This document shows, piece after piece, positions 27,610 to 36,827 of a stretch of DNA of 50,305 nt (positions are counted from its first letter, which is position 1; each line of letters opens with the position of its first letter). The notes under the pieces were generated by a model. That model was not told the origin of the DNA, did not search any database, and was given only the letters and a program-made list of their open reading frames with translations. The stretch comes from Candidatus Saccharimonadales bacterium. GTDB lineage: Bacteria > Patescibacteriota > Saccharimonadia > Saccharimonadales > JAYRRP01. Location: assembly GCA_041910055.1 (NCBI GenBank), contig JAYRRP010000005.1, positions 1 through 50,305 of the forward strand, given 5' to 3'. The translations under genes were made by a program, and so were the position numbers.

Positions 27610-28796
27610 GTGTATTTAATTCTTTAGGCTCAAATTATTCTAATTCCTTTACGCGGCGGGCCAGTTTTGGCTGGACGCCCCGCAGGGCCGCAAACTTATT
27701 GCGCGAGCGACTAATTAATCAGTTTGGCGCACAGGTTATCTACCTTACCTTTAAAGGTCGCGAAGCGCTAGCTCTTATTTTGCGTGAATTAGACTTACCA
27801 AAAGACAGCGTGGTGGCAATTACGGGGTATACTTGTTACGCAGTGTATGCTGCTGTAAGAGCAGCCGGACATGAGGTCCATTATCTTGATATTGAACAGA
27901 ATGGATTGAATTTCTCGCCGGGAATTTTGCGACAAGGATTAAAAACGAATCCCTCCATAAAAGCAGTGATTATCCAAAACACGTTCGGTTTTCCGGCAGA
28001 AATAGAAGAAATTGAACGAATTTGTGCCAAAGAAGGAATAATTATCATAGAAGATTTGGCACATTGTGTGGGCATGAATTACGAGGATGGCAGGAAAGCC
28101 GGTACGGTTGGCAGAGGAGCGGCTTTCTCGTTTGGACAAGATAAAATGGTTGATGCTGTTTCTGGTGGTGCCGCAACCTTTCAGTGGCAGGTAGATCCAA
28201 CCAAAGCGCTTGCTTCGGTTCCAATAAAAGATCGGTTTGTTATGCGGATTTATCCAGCCGTAACGTTCTGTATCCGTGCGACAGTCCGCTTTGGCATTGG
28301 AAAAGTACTGCTCAAGGGCTTAAAGTCCTTACGTCTTTTACCAGGACCAATGGCTGGCAGCGCTGAAGTGGTGAGAGAACTTCCTAAGTGGCATTGTAAG
28401 TTAGTGGGGTGGTCACTGGATGATCTTGAAGATTCTATTGTCCACCGACGTAAAATCGCGGAGGTATACAAGAAGATATTACCCGAGCAAAACCTGTTTT
28501 TAGATTCTAAAGATGCAATATATTTACGTTTTCCTGTCAGGGCTGATAACCCGCGAGGACTTATCGAGTATCTCAAACAATATGATGTGTATGTAGGTGA
28601 CCGCTGGTACGATGCGCCGGTGGCGCCGGCTAGTTATTTATCCAGAACAGACTACAAAACGGGTCAATGTCCAAATGCTGAACAGACGGCCAGAGAAATG
28701 GTGAATTTACCTACTCACCGCTACGTAACTGAAATGAAGGCAAAATTTATTGCCAGGAGGGTAAGCGAATGGCTGGAATCATCGTCAAAGAAGTAA
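27606..28796 (+). CDS. DegT/DnrJ/EryC1/StrS-family PLP-dependent aminotransferase-like protein
   Basis: The fold-type I layout includes FSFGQDKMVDAVSGG, matching the SF...K.....GEGG Lys motif of the family. There is an ATGA overlap with the upstream gene. Confidence 0.75.
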   Translation: MSVFNSLGSNYSNSFTRRASFGWTPRRAANLLRERLINQFGAQVIYLTFKGREALALILRELDLPKDSVVAITGYTCYAVYAAVRAAGHEVHYLDIEQNGLNFSPGILRQGLKTNPSIKAVIIQNTFGFPAEIEEIERICAKEGIIIIEDLAHCVGMNYEDGRKAGTVGRGAAFSFGQDKMVDAVSGGAATFQWQVDPTKALASVPIKDRFVMRIYPAVTFCIRATVRFGIGKVLLKGLKSLRLLPGPMAGSAEVVRELPKWHCKLVGWSLDDLEDSIVHRRKIAEVYKKILPEQNLFLDSKDAIYLRFPVRADNPRGLIEYLKQYDVYVGDRWYDAPVAPASYLSRTDYKTGQCPNAEQTAREMVNLPTHRYVTEMKAKFIARRVSEWLESSSKK

Positions 28797-29797
28797 CAAA
28801 CCAGGACGAATGGGAAGATTTCTTAGCATTGCATCCTGAGGCTAATTTTTTACATTCTTTTTTATGGGGAATTTTCAACCAAAGAATTGGCAAGCAGGTT
28901 CACTACAGCGGCTTTTATGAAGACGAAAAACTAGCTGGAGTGATGCTTTCGATCATTGAACCGGCCCGACGTGGACGTTACCTTACCGTACCAGGGGGGC
29001 CAATCATTGATTGGTCCAGGAGTGAGATGGTGCAGGCTGTCCGGCAAGAGATGATACGACTAGGCAAAATTGAAAAGTGTGTGTTTGTACGTGTCCGGCC
29101 ACAGCTGCTAAATACAGAGCATAATAGGCAATTGTTTCACACGCTGGGATTCCAGCCAGCACAGATGCACTTGCATGCTGAACTAACTTCCCAACTTGAC
29201 ATCACGGCTGACGAGCCGACGTTACTTCAGCATTTTCGCAAGAATACACGTTATGAGCTTAAACAGGCAAAAAAACGTGGTATTAAAGTAACTTCAACCA
29301 CAGATCCGTCAGCAATCGAAGAATTTTATCAACTCCAACTTGAGACAGCTAAGCGTCATAAATTCGTACCTTACGGAAAGAAGTTCTTGAGGGAGCAGTT
29401 CGCGGTATTTGCTGAAGCCGGTAAAGCGATTTTATATAGTGCGCACACTACAGGTAACAAGTTAATTGCTCAAGCGTTCATCATTTTTTATCTACAAGAA
29501 GCTGCTTATCATTATGGAGCGAGCACTGAACTTGGACGGAGTGAACCGGGTGCGTATGCAATCCAGTGGGAGGCAATCAGAGAGGCCAAACGACGCGGAA
29601 TTAGCCGTTATAACTTTTGGGGTGTAGTGGATCCCTCGCAAACAAATCACCGATTTTGGGGAGTTTCAGTTTTTAAGAGGGGTTTTCGCGGCGAAGATGT
29701 TGAATATTTACATGCCCACGATCTTGTCTTGAAACAGATTAGTTATTTGCCAAACTTAACAATTGAGTACGTCCGAAAACGCCGGCGCCACCTCTAG
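28769..29797 (+). CDS. FemAB-family peptidoglycan aminoacyl-transferase (FemX-like)
   Basis: FLHSFLWG near the N-terminus, KNTRYELKQAKKRG and AYHYGAST are characteristic FemAB motifs. The SD aggagg (28755-28760) lies inside the upstream gene. Confidence 0.8.
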   Translation: MAGIIVKEVTNQDEWEDFLALHPEANFLHSFLWGIFNQRIGKQVHYSGFYEDEKLAGVMLSIIEPARRGRYLTVPGGPIIDWSRSEMVQAVRQEMIRLGKIEKCVFVRVRPQLLNTEHNRQLFHTLGFQPAQMHLHAELTSQLDITADEPTLLQHFRKNTRYELKQAKKRGIKVTSTTDPSAIEEFYQLQLETAKRHKFVPYGKKFLREQFAVFAEAGKAILYSAHTTGNKLIAQAFIIFYLQEAAYHYGASTELGRSEPGAYAIQWEAIREAKRRGISRYNFWGVVDPSQTNHRFWGVSVFKRGFRGEDVEYLHAHDLVLKQISYLPNLTIEYVRKRRRHL

Positions 29798-29837
29798 CGA
29801 TCCTTTCTCTTATTTGATAGTAGGAGTAAAATAAAGG

Positions 29838-30695
29838 GTGCCAATGGGGAGGTATAAGCGCTTGTTAAAACAGTGGCGCTCGCAGGTAGTAGGTGTAGCT
29901 GCGGGTCTGGTGCTAGCTTTTGTACCGATTATCAATGGCAGGGCATTACCGTGGCTTAGTGACGTTGGTAATGACAGCCTATCTTTGAATGAAACTACTG
30001 TAGCAAAAACCCAAGTTGACGTGACACCTGCTAAAGTGCCGGTCTGGCCTGCGTCACAATTGCCAAATCTATTTCCTGCAAAGACAAAAAAGCCAGTTGA
30101 TTGTCAGGCTGAGGCGTGTGTAGCGCTCACTTTTGATGATGGCCCGGATCCTTCGACAACGCCGCATATCATGGCAGCGCTTGAAAAGTATAATGTGCCA
30201 GCAACTTTCTTCGTAATTGGTAATCGAGTTGCTCGGAATGCTAGTTTATTGCACTCGATGTACCAGCAAGGATTAGAAATTGGAAATCATACATGGGGAC
30301 ATGCAAATCTTACAAAGCTTACTCCAGAACAAGTGACTCAGGAGATAAATCAGACCCAGGCGGCGTTTAGTAGTGCCGGATTACCTGTACCCCAACTGTT
30401 TCGTCCGCCTTATGGTAAGCGAGATGAAGTAGTGCGAGAACGTGCAGCCATGCCGCTCATTATGTGGAACGTAGATCCACAAGATTGGCGGGCTACAGAA
30501 CCGGCTCAAGTAGTACAGGCAGTCAATGCACAGGCCAAACCAGGTTCTATTATTCTTATGCACGATACCAAACCAGTAACCGCTGCTGCAGCAGAAGAAG
30601 TAGTGCGTGATTTGCAAAGTCACTACCAGTTAGTGACCGTGTCACAGTTGTTAGATCTTCATTCTTCTTCACGTGGTGAATACTTTAGTCGCTGA
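29838..30695 (+). CDS. NodB-type polysaccharide/peptidoglycan deacetylase, N-terminally anchored
   Basis: NodB motifs are VALTFDDGP, GNHTWGH, FRPPYG and ILMHD. The start is GTG 29838 or ATG 29844. Confidence 0.85.
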   Translation: MPMGRYKRLLKQWRSQVVGVAAGLVLAFVPIINGRALPWLSDVGNDSLSLNETTVAKTQVDVTPAKVPVWPASQLPNLFPAKTKKPVDCQAEACVALTFDDGPDPSTTPHIMAALEKYNVPATFFVIGNRVARNASLLHSMYQQGLEIGNHTWGHANLTKLTPEQVTQEINQTQAAFSSAGLPVPQLFRPPYGKRDEVVRERAAMPLIMWNVDPQDWRATEPAQVVQAVNAQAKPGSIILMHDTKPVTAAAAEEVVRDLQSHYQLVTVSQLLDLHSSSRGEYFSR

Positions 30696-30736
30696 TGTGG
30701 TGACAGGTACAGTTTTTTCTCTTACAATAGCCAGAG

Positions 30737-33700
30737 ATGAGACGATACAATCCGAAGGAGATAGAGCCCAAATGGCAAAAGGTTTGGGCAGAGAAGAAGC
30801 TGTACAAAGCAGTTGATTTCGACGAACGCCCCAAGTTTGTTATGCTCACGGAGTTTCCCTATCCATCAGGTGACGGACTGCATTTAGGGCATGTCCGAGA
30901 ATACACGTTGGGCGACATCATGGCGCGGCGTCAAAGGATGGCTGGTAAGAACGTGCTCTATCCAATGGGCTATGATGCCTTTGGCCTGCCTACCGAGAAT
31001 TACGCGATTAAAAATAAAATTGCCCCACAAATTGCGACTGATCAAAACGTTGGTAATTTTCAGCAACAATTCGATAGTCTTGGATACAGCATTGACTGGG
31101 ATCGTAGCTTTCGTACGAGTGACCCAAGCTACTACAAGTGGACACAGTGGCTTTTTCTTCAGCTCTATAAAGCAGGATTGGCCTATCAGGACGAGATTGC
31201 GATTAACTGGTGCCCGAAGTGCAAAACAGGCCTAGCCAATGAAGAGGTTGTGAATGGCCGTCATGAACGTTGTGACACTCCAGTAGAGAAGAAATTCTTA
31301 AAACAATGGATTCTCAAAATTACCGACTACGCTGATCGTTTGATCGATGGATTGCAAACAGTTGACTATCCTAGCCGGATTGCCGACCAGCAGGCTAATT
31401 GGATTGGCCGCAGTGTGGGTGCCGAAGTAGACTTTGAAGTCGACTCAAAACTTAAGTTTGTAGTGCTTCATGGCTTTATGGCAAGCTCCAAAGATCACTT
31501 TCATCCTTGGCTCAAAGCAGAACTGGAAAAGCGAGGCCATGAGGTTTATATTCCAGACTTGCCGAATACAAATCATCCGGATGCAGAAGAGCAAGCAAAA
31601 TTCGTCTTAGATAACTTTGAACTTGATGAGAACACAGTGCTAATTGGGCATAGTTATGGCACTGTTACTGCACTAAGAATATTGGAACAAGTAAAAGTGC
31701 CAATTTATAAATACATTTCTGTGGTGGGATTTGCTGAGCCAAAATTTTTAGACAAGTTACGTCCTTTCGAAGAAACGACTAACTGGAATTTTGATTTTCC
31801 TAGGATTAAAAATAATGTGCAAGAAATAGTCTTTTTAAGAGCAAGTAACGACTCGGCTGTACCTCAAGAACGGTCAGACTTCTTAATGAAGAATCTACAA
31901 GGCGAAATAGTAGACTTCACTGCTGAAGCGAACCATGTTTGTGGTGAAAAGGAGCCGGTGGTACTTGCAAATGCTTTACAGAAAGTTACAGTTTTCACCA
32001 CGCGGCCGGATACGTTGTTTGGTGCAACTTTTATGGTGCTGGCACCGGAGCATCCTTTAGTAAAAAGCATGACCACACCTGAACAAAGTGAAACCGTGGG
32101 TTCTTATATTAAGATGGCTCAGGCTAAATCAGACATTGAACGCCAAGAGAATAAAGAGAAGACCGGCGTGTTTACGGGTGCCTATGTAGTCAACCCAGTC
32201 AATAACGATAAAATACCGGTCTGGATTGCCGATTATGTATTAACTGGCTACGGCACAGGCGCCATAATGGCTGTACCAGCTCACGATGAGCGGGATTATG
32301 AATTTGCACAGAAATTTGATTTACCAGTTAGGCAGGTTATTGCACCTTACATCACCAATAGCGGCAAGAATGCAGCCAGAGAAAATGTGGAAACTCTAGA
32401 TCGTCAAGTTGTCGATGCCATCATTAAAAATGATAAGGATGAGTATCTACTGCTTGTTGAAGAAGATAATATTCACTTTGTTGGCGGTGGCATAGAACCC
32501 GAGGACAAAGACGAACAAGAGGCGGTTAAACGTGAGATTAAAGAAGAAACTGGTCATACCGACATAGCTGCCATGAGGATTGTGTCACCAGTTGTGCGAA
32601 CATTTGCGTTTCGAATTCCTAAAAATAAGAACCAACGCTGCGACGGCACTTTTTACGAGGTTCTCTTAGCTTCCGACAGGAGGGTGGAAAGCGAAGTAGA
32701 AGAAGGAAAACACCAATTTCGTTGGGTAAAGAAAAGTGAAGTCGAGAAACTAATCACTTGGGAAGGCCACATGTGGGCGTGGCAACAATATCTATCAGGA
32801 AGCTTGTGCTACTCGGGAGAAGGAGTACTTATTAATTCTGGCAAGTATGATGGGATGAGCACGAGTGAGGCACGCGAGAAAATCACTCAAGACTTGGAAG
32901 CTCAGGGCTCCGGCAAAGAGCGAGTGAATTATAAGCTGCGTGACTGGATCTTCAGCCGTCAGCACTACTGGGGCGAACCAATCCCAGTTATTCATTGCGG
33001 CAAAGATGGGGCTGTGCCAGTACCCGATGAACAGCTCCCAGTCGAGTTGCCGTCAGTTGATAATTACGAGCCAACCGATACCGGAGAAAGCCCATTGGCA
33101 GCAATCGAAGATTGGGTTAATGTGGCATGCCCAAAGTGTGGAGGCAAAGCCAAACGTGAAACCGATACGATGCCAAACTGGGCAGGGAGCAGTTGGTATT
33201 ACTTGCGGTATTTTGATGCACACAATGACCAAGCCTTCGCTGATAGAAAGAAACTTGATTACTGGGGTATGGTTGATATGTACTTGGGTGGTATGGAACA
33301 TACTACACTCCACTTGCTGTATTCCCGATTCTGGCACCAGTTCTTTTATGATCAAAAGTTAGTTCCCACGCCAGAGCCATATGCTGCTAGGCGCGGTCAG
33401 GGTATTATTCTGGCCGAAGATGGCACTAAAATGAGCAAAAGCAAAGGGAACGTCATCAACCCCACTGACATTATCAGCCAAGGGTATGGTGCGGATGCGC
33501 TTCGCATTGGTATTGCCTTTTTGGCGCCTTATGACCAAACCACTGCTTGGAAGCCAGACGCGGTGACTGGTGCCTTTCGTTTTCTGCAGAGGTACTGGAC
33601 GCTGGTGCAGGAATATCTAGCAACCGCATCAGAACCGCTGAAAGAAAATTCTCAATTACCGCATGCAGTTCACCGGCTGATTAAGGACGTTTCTATTGAG

Positions 33701-34135
33701 CTAGAGCATATGCGATTCAACACTGCAATTGCTGCTTTAATGGAGTGCTTAAACGAGCTCTATAAGTTCAAAGCGGAATTTGGTTTTGGTGAGCGGGATG
33801 GGTGGCAGTTTGCCTTGATTACCTTCACGCAGTTACTTGCGCCGTTTGCGCCGCACATCACAGAAGAAGTGTGGTCACTTTTGCGTCAAAATGGCTCGGT
33901 TCACAATAACAACTGGCCAGTACACGACGAAAAGTTGGTATTGAGCAAGCAAATCATTGTTGTCGTACAGATCAACGGCAAAGTGAGGGGGCAATTCGAA
34001 GTAGCCGCGGAAATTTCCCAAGATGAACTGATTGCTTTAGTCCAACAGGACCAGAAAGTATCAACTCACCTGGCAAATAAGCAAATCCGCAAAACGATAT
34101 ATGTACCAGGCAGATTGGTTAATTTTGTAGTCTAG
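30737..34135 (+). CDS. leuS: leucyl-tRNA synthetase with two inserted hydrolase-like domains (1132 aa)
   Basis: Canonical motifs are YNPKEIEPKWQKVW, HLGHVREY (HIGH-type), WIGRSVGAEVDF, TTRPDTLFGATF plus AVPAHDERDYEFA (CP1 editing), YKLRDWIFSRQHYWGEPIP and KMSKSKGN. It is one uninterrupted frame. Confidence 0.95.
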   Translation: MRRYNPKEIEPKWQKVWAEKKLYKAVDFDERPKFVMLTEFPYPSGDGLHLGHVREYTLGDIMARRQRMAGKNVLYPMGYDAFGLPTENYAIKNKIAPQIATDQNVGNFQQQFDSLGYSIDWDRSFRTSDPSYYKWTQWLFLQLYKAGLAYQDEIAINWCPKCKTGLANEEVVNGRHERCDTPVEKKFLKQWILKITDYADRLIDGLQTVDYPSRIADQQANWIGRSVGAEVDFEVDSKLKFVVLHGFMASSKDHFHPWLKAELEKRGHEVYIPDLPNTNHPDAEEQAKFVLDNFELDENTVLIGHSYGTVTALRILEQVKVPIYKYISVVGFAEPKFLDKLRPFEETTNWNFDFPRIKNNVQEIVFLRASNDSAVPQERSDFLMKNLQGEIVDFTAEANHVCGEKEPVVLANALQKVTVFTTRPDTLFGATFMVLAPEHPLVKSMTTPEQSETVGSYIKMAQAKSDIERQENKEKTGVFTGAYVVNPVNNDKIPVWIADYVLTGYGTGAIMAVPAHDERDYEFAQKFDLPVRQVIAPYITNSGKNAARENVETLDRQVVDAIIKNDKDEYLLLVEEDNIHFVGGGIEPEDKDEQEAVKREIKEETGHTDIAAMRIVSPVVRTFAFRIPKNKNQRCDGTFYEVLLASDRRVESEVEEGKHQFRWVKKSEVEKLITWEGHMWAWQQYLSGSLCYSGEGVLINSGKYDGMSTSEAREKITQDLEAQGSGKERVNYKLRDWIFSRQHYWGEPIPVIHCGKDGAVPVPDEQLPVELPSVDNYEPTDTGESPLAAIEDWVNVACPKCGGKAKRETDTMPNWAGSSWYYLRYFDAHNDQAFADRKKLDYWGMVDMYLGGMEHTTLHLLYSRFWHQFFYDQKLVPTPEPYAARRGQGIILAEDGTKMSKSKGNVINPTDIISQGYGADALRIGIAFLAPYDQTTAWKPDAVTGAFRFLQRYWTLVQEYLATASEPLKENSQLPHAVHRLIKDVSIELEHMRFNTAIAALMECLNELYKFKAEFGFGERDGWQFALITFTQLLAPFAPHITEEVWSLLRQNGSVHNNNWPVHDEKLVLSKQIIVVVQINGKVRGQFEVAAEISQDELIALVQQDQKVSTHLANKQIRKTIYVPGRLVNFVV
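31441..31985 (+). other. insertion 1 in LeuRS: alpha/beta serine-hydrolase-like domain (about 180 aa)
   Basis: KFVVLHGFMASSKDHFHPWLK and VLIGHSYGT (GxSxG) resemble the YdeN/RBBP9-type small serine hydrolases, from memory. The domain sits between GRS..DFEV and TTRPDT. Confidence 0.6.
32347..32815 (+). other. insertion 2 in LeuRS: Nudix-like domain (about 155 aa)
   Basis: GGGIEPEDKDEQEAVKREIKEETG contains a REUxEExG core, but the upstream Gx5E spacing is off by 2 residues from the canonical Nudix box. The domain sits between AHDERDYEFAQKFDLPVRQVIAP and GVLINSGKYDG. Confidence 0.55.
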
Positions 34136-34146
34136 ATCATTGAGGT

Positions 34147-34344
34147 TTAAAGATTTGTAGGGTCTGAAGGAGTAACTTCTGTTGGCAAAATGGTGACACT
34201 ACTGACAGTATCCCGCCCGTAGGTCAAAATCTCATTAGTTTCTTGAACATACTGGACGCCGCGAAGTACTGCTCGTCCAAGTGCCTGCAAGCTTTCGCGG
34301 CTTTCGCGAACACTTTCATTAAAATCAACGAATTCAGGGTTCAT
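34147..34344 (-). CDS. hypothetical 65-aa protein
   Basis: ORF track only. There is no clear SD. It lies 8 nt downstream of the 131-aa gene on the same strand. Confidence 0.3.
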   Translation of the reverse strand: MNPEFVDFNESVRESRESLQALGRAVLRGVQYVQETNEILTYGRDTVSSVTILPTEVTPSDPTNL

Positions 34345-34352
34345 CTTTGGGA

Positions 34353-34748
34353 TTATTTTGGCTCTTCTTTTGAGTTGTAGTATATCGTCATTGCTTCGCA
34401 GTATGTTTCCTGATCAACAAATATTTCGGACCCATTGGGCCGCGTGACAGGAGCATAGTCTGGTAGTGGCAGTGAAGAAGGGGCATCTTCGTGCTGGAGT
34501 TCTTCCACGCACTTGGCGACTTCACTGTCGAATTGTTTGCGTTCTTTTTCAGACTCAGCAATATTATGAAAAGTATATCCGCCAATAGTCATTATCACAG
34601 CCAGTGCGCCGGCGGCAACACCAACTCTTTTGACGCCGCGCTGCCTAGTCTCTACTGCCGGTTCATCTTCTCGGTTGTTACCAAGTCTTCCGACCGCGTA
34701 GAGTGTACTCTGAAAAATGTTTCTGTCCAATTCACTCATAAGATACAT
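34353..34748 (-). CDS. single-TM membrane protein, function unknown
   Basis: The TM helix is VGVAAGALAVIMTIGGYTF. TGCTATGAT (minus-strand sense, 34749-34757) abuts the first ATG. The second ATG (34739) is 9 nt downstream of the box, so the transcript may be leaderless. Confidence 0.5.
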   Translation of the reverse strand: MYLMSELDRNIFQSTLYAVGRLGNNREDEPAVETRQRGVKRVGVAAGALAVIMTIGGYTFHNIAESEKERKQFDSEVAKCVEELQHEDAPSSLPLPDYAPVTRPNGSEIFVDQETYCEAMTIYYNSKEEPK

Positions 34749-34864
34749 ATCATAGCACTAGTGCTTAATATTGTCAATAGCTTTGCTGCTTGAGTTTTTA
34801 GCAAAAATACGCTAACATTACAATGAAGTTGTCAAAGTAAATAGTAAGGAGGGCTATCGCTCAT

Positions 34865-35014
34865 ATGGGAAAGCCCAAGAAACGTACGACCCCTCGTCGC
34901 ACTGGAATGCGACGGAGCCATCTTCGACTTAAACTAGCAAGGGCCGTTAACGCAAAGTCACCTGTCAAGGTGTATACAACACGGCGCCAAAGCGGAGAAA
35001 CTGCTACAAAATAG
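34865..35014 (+). CDS. rpmF: 50S ribosomal protein L32
   Basis: Hand-translated 49 aa (MGKPKKRTTPRRTGMRRSHLRLKLARAVNAKSPVKVYTTRRQSGETATK), below the ORF-track cutoff. P(K/R)(K/R)RTS..R...RR(S/A)H is the L32 signature. The SD aggagg is about 11 nt upstream. Confidence 0.8.
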   Translation: MGKPKKRTTPRRTGMRRSHLRLKLARAVNAKSPVKVYTTRRQSGETATK

Positions 35015-35065
35015 GCCTTCGGCGTCTTACAATGGGACAACGAGAAGGGAGCATTTTTTAAGAAA

Positions 35066-35554
35066 ATGGCATCAAATCGTCATCTAGGCAGGATTGTTGC
35101 GCTACAGACGCTTTATGAGGAAGATTTTCGCCGTGAGTGTGGTGATGAGGCGTTTGATCTCTCACCAGTACTTACTCGTAATATCCAGCGCTACAGTGAA
35201 TCTTTAGATGACCAGGAGTTTGTCCGCCGATTAGTGGCAGATGTGTCGGCCCAAGCCCAACAGTTAGACGATATTCTTCAGCCACTTGCCCCGGATTGGC
35301 CAATCGACCAGATTGCTAGAATGGACCGAATTGTGCTGAGAATTGGCTTATACGAGCTTCAGAACCCGAATGACGTGCCGCCAAAAGTAGCAATCAATGA
35401 AGCAGTGGAGCTTGCGAAGTCATTTGGAGGTGAGAACAGTTCGAAATTCATTAACGGAGTACTTGGCACGTATTGGCGCCAACATGAAGAAAGTGACCAG
35501 AAAGAGACCGCGAAAGCCACTAAGAAGAAACCACATAAAGCAAAGCAGAAATAA
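35066..35554 (+). CDS. nusB: transcription antitermination factor NusB
   Basis: ALQTLYEEDF, RIVLRIGLYEL and INEAVELAKSFGGENSSKFINGVLG are typical NusB blocks. A basic C-terminal tail follows. Confidence 0.9.
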   Translation: MASNRHLGRIVALQTLYEEDFRRECGDEAFDLSPVLTRNIQRYSESLDDQEFVRRLVADVSAQAQQLDDILQPLAPDWPIDQIARMDRIVLRIGLYELQNPNDVPPKVAINEAVELAKSFGGENSSKFINGVLGTYWRQHEESDQKETAKATKKKPHKAKQK

Positions 35555-35557
35555 TTT

Positions 35558-36058
35558 ATGAAGAGACCGAAACCTATCCAAGGAATACGCAAATTTGTAA
35601 AACGCCGGCGACCAGCTATTAGTGAGGTGGTGCGAGAGCCTACCGCCGGAGGGATCGTATTTAGGCGAAGTTCTAAATCTGGTGGCATTGAGATTTTACT
35701 TATACAAGATGCGAAGAATAGATGGACTATACCAAAAGGCCACATTGAAGATGGTGAAGTGGCCAAACAAACAGCCGAACGCGAGATTCGCGAAGAAACC
35801 GGCCTGAAACAAATGAAGGTGTTAAATTGGCTGGGTAAAATAAACTTCCGTTATCGCCGGTCAACCAGCTTGGTATTAATGACGACGGAGATTTTTTTGG
35901 TGCAGGCACTTGGTAAAACTAATGAGCTTCACCCTGAAGACTGGATGAATGGGATAAAGTGGTTCCCCGCACAGGAAGCGCTCGACAAGATAGAATATGA
36001 TGACATCGGTAAAATAATTCTTTTGGCACTCAAGAAAATTAGGCATGCAGGATTATAG
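35558..36058 (+). CDS. Nudix hydrolase
   Basis: It has a perfect Nudix box, GHIEDGEVAKQTAEREIREETGL (Gx5Ex7REUxEExGU). Confidence 0.85.
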   Translation: MKRPKPIQGIRKFVKRRRPAISEVVREPTAGGIVFRRSSKSGGIEILLIQDAKNRWTIPKGHIEDGEVAKQTAEREIREETGLKQMKVLNWLGKINFRYRRSTSLVLMTTEIFLVQALGKTNELHPEDWMNGIKWFPAQEALDKIEYDDIGKIILLALKKIRHAGL

Positions 36059-36740
36059 TTCATACCAAAAATTTGCTGCAGATCAATTAGGTGCACAGTT
36101 TAATGATGTGACCCTTCTGGTGACAGCGTTCACTCACCGTTCGTATGTCAATGAACATCGAAAGACAACACGAGAGCATAATGAGCGGCTCGAGTTTTTA
36201 GGTGACGCGGTACTGGAACTAGTAGTAACAGAGTATCTTTATGCAAACTTTAGTGAGCCCGAGGGCATTCTGACTAACTGGCGGAGCGCGTTAGTAAGGA
36301 CAGAAAGTATCAGTGCAGCAGCTGGTCGCATTGAACTTGAACCTTTATTGCGGCTAAGCCGAGGTGAACGGCGAGGAACTCCCCGCGCACGAGCACAGAT
36401 ACTGGCGAACACATATGAAGCCGTTATTGGTGCCCTATACTTAGATCAAGGGTATGAGGTAAGCCGTCGGTTTATTCAATCGAGTTTGATAGTGACTTTT
36501 GAGTCTATCCTCAAGGAGGGATCATGGATGGATCCAAAATCTCGCTTACAGGAGGTTGCACAGAGCAAAGAAGGCTTTACCCCCGTATATAAGGTCTTGG
36601 CCGAAGAAGGGCCTGACCATGAGAAAACATTTACTATTGGGGTATATATTAACGGCCGATTAAAGGGCAAAGGCAGCGGGCCAAGTAAACAGATTGGTCA
36701 ACAGGAGGCTGCTCAGGTAGCATTAAAAAGCCTAAGCTGA
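36045..36740 (+). CDS. rnc: ribonuclease III
   Basis: It has the RNase III signature ERLEFLGDAVLELVV and a C-terminal dsRBD (KSRLQE...GPDHEKTFTIGV...G.GPSKQ.GQQEAA). Confidence 0.95.
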   Translation: MQDYSSYQKFAADQLGAQFNDVTLLVTAFTHRSYVNEHRKTTREHNERLEFLGDAVLELVVTEYLYANFSEPEGILTNWRSALVRTESISAAAGRIELEPLLRLSRGERRGTPRARAQILANTYEAVIGALYLDQGYEVSRRFIQSSLIVTFESILKEGSWMDPKSRLQEVAQSKEGFTPVYKVLAEEGPDHEKTFTIGVYINGRLKGKGSGPSKQIGQQEAAQVALKSLS

Positions 36741-36827
36741 CCACAATGGGTTTGACAACAGAGGCGAACATCTGTAAAATGCGCGAGAGTCACAACGGTT
36801 AAAGAAGAGAGAAGAGAACACGTACCT

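Noticed and set aside
31441-32815. LeuRS extra segments considered as inteins or as a gene fusion/frameshift artefact
   Set aside because: No intein splice-junction blocks were recognised, meaning no Cys/Ser at the insert start and no His-Asn followed by Cys/Ser/Thr at the end. The reading frame is continuous. Canonical LeuRS motifs resume in the correct order after each insert, with the intact CP1 editing motifs between them.
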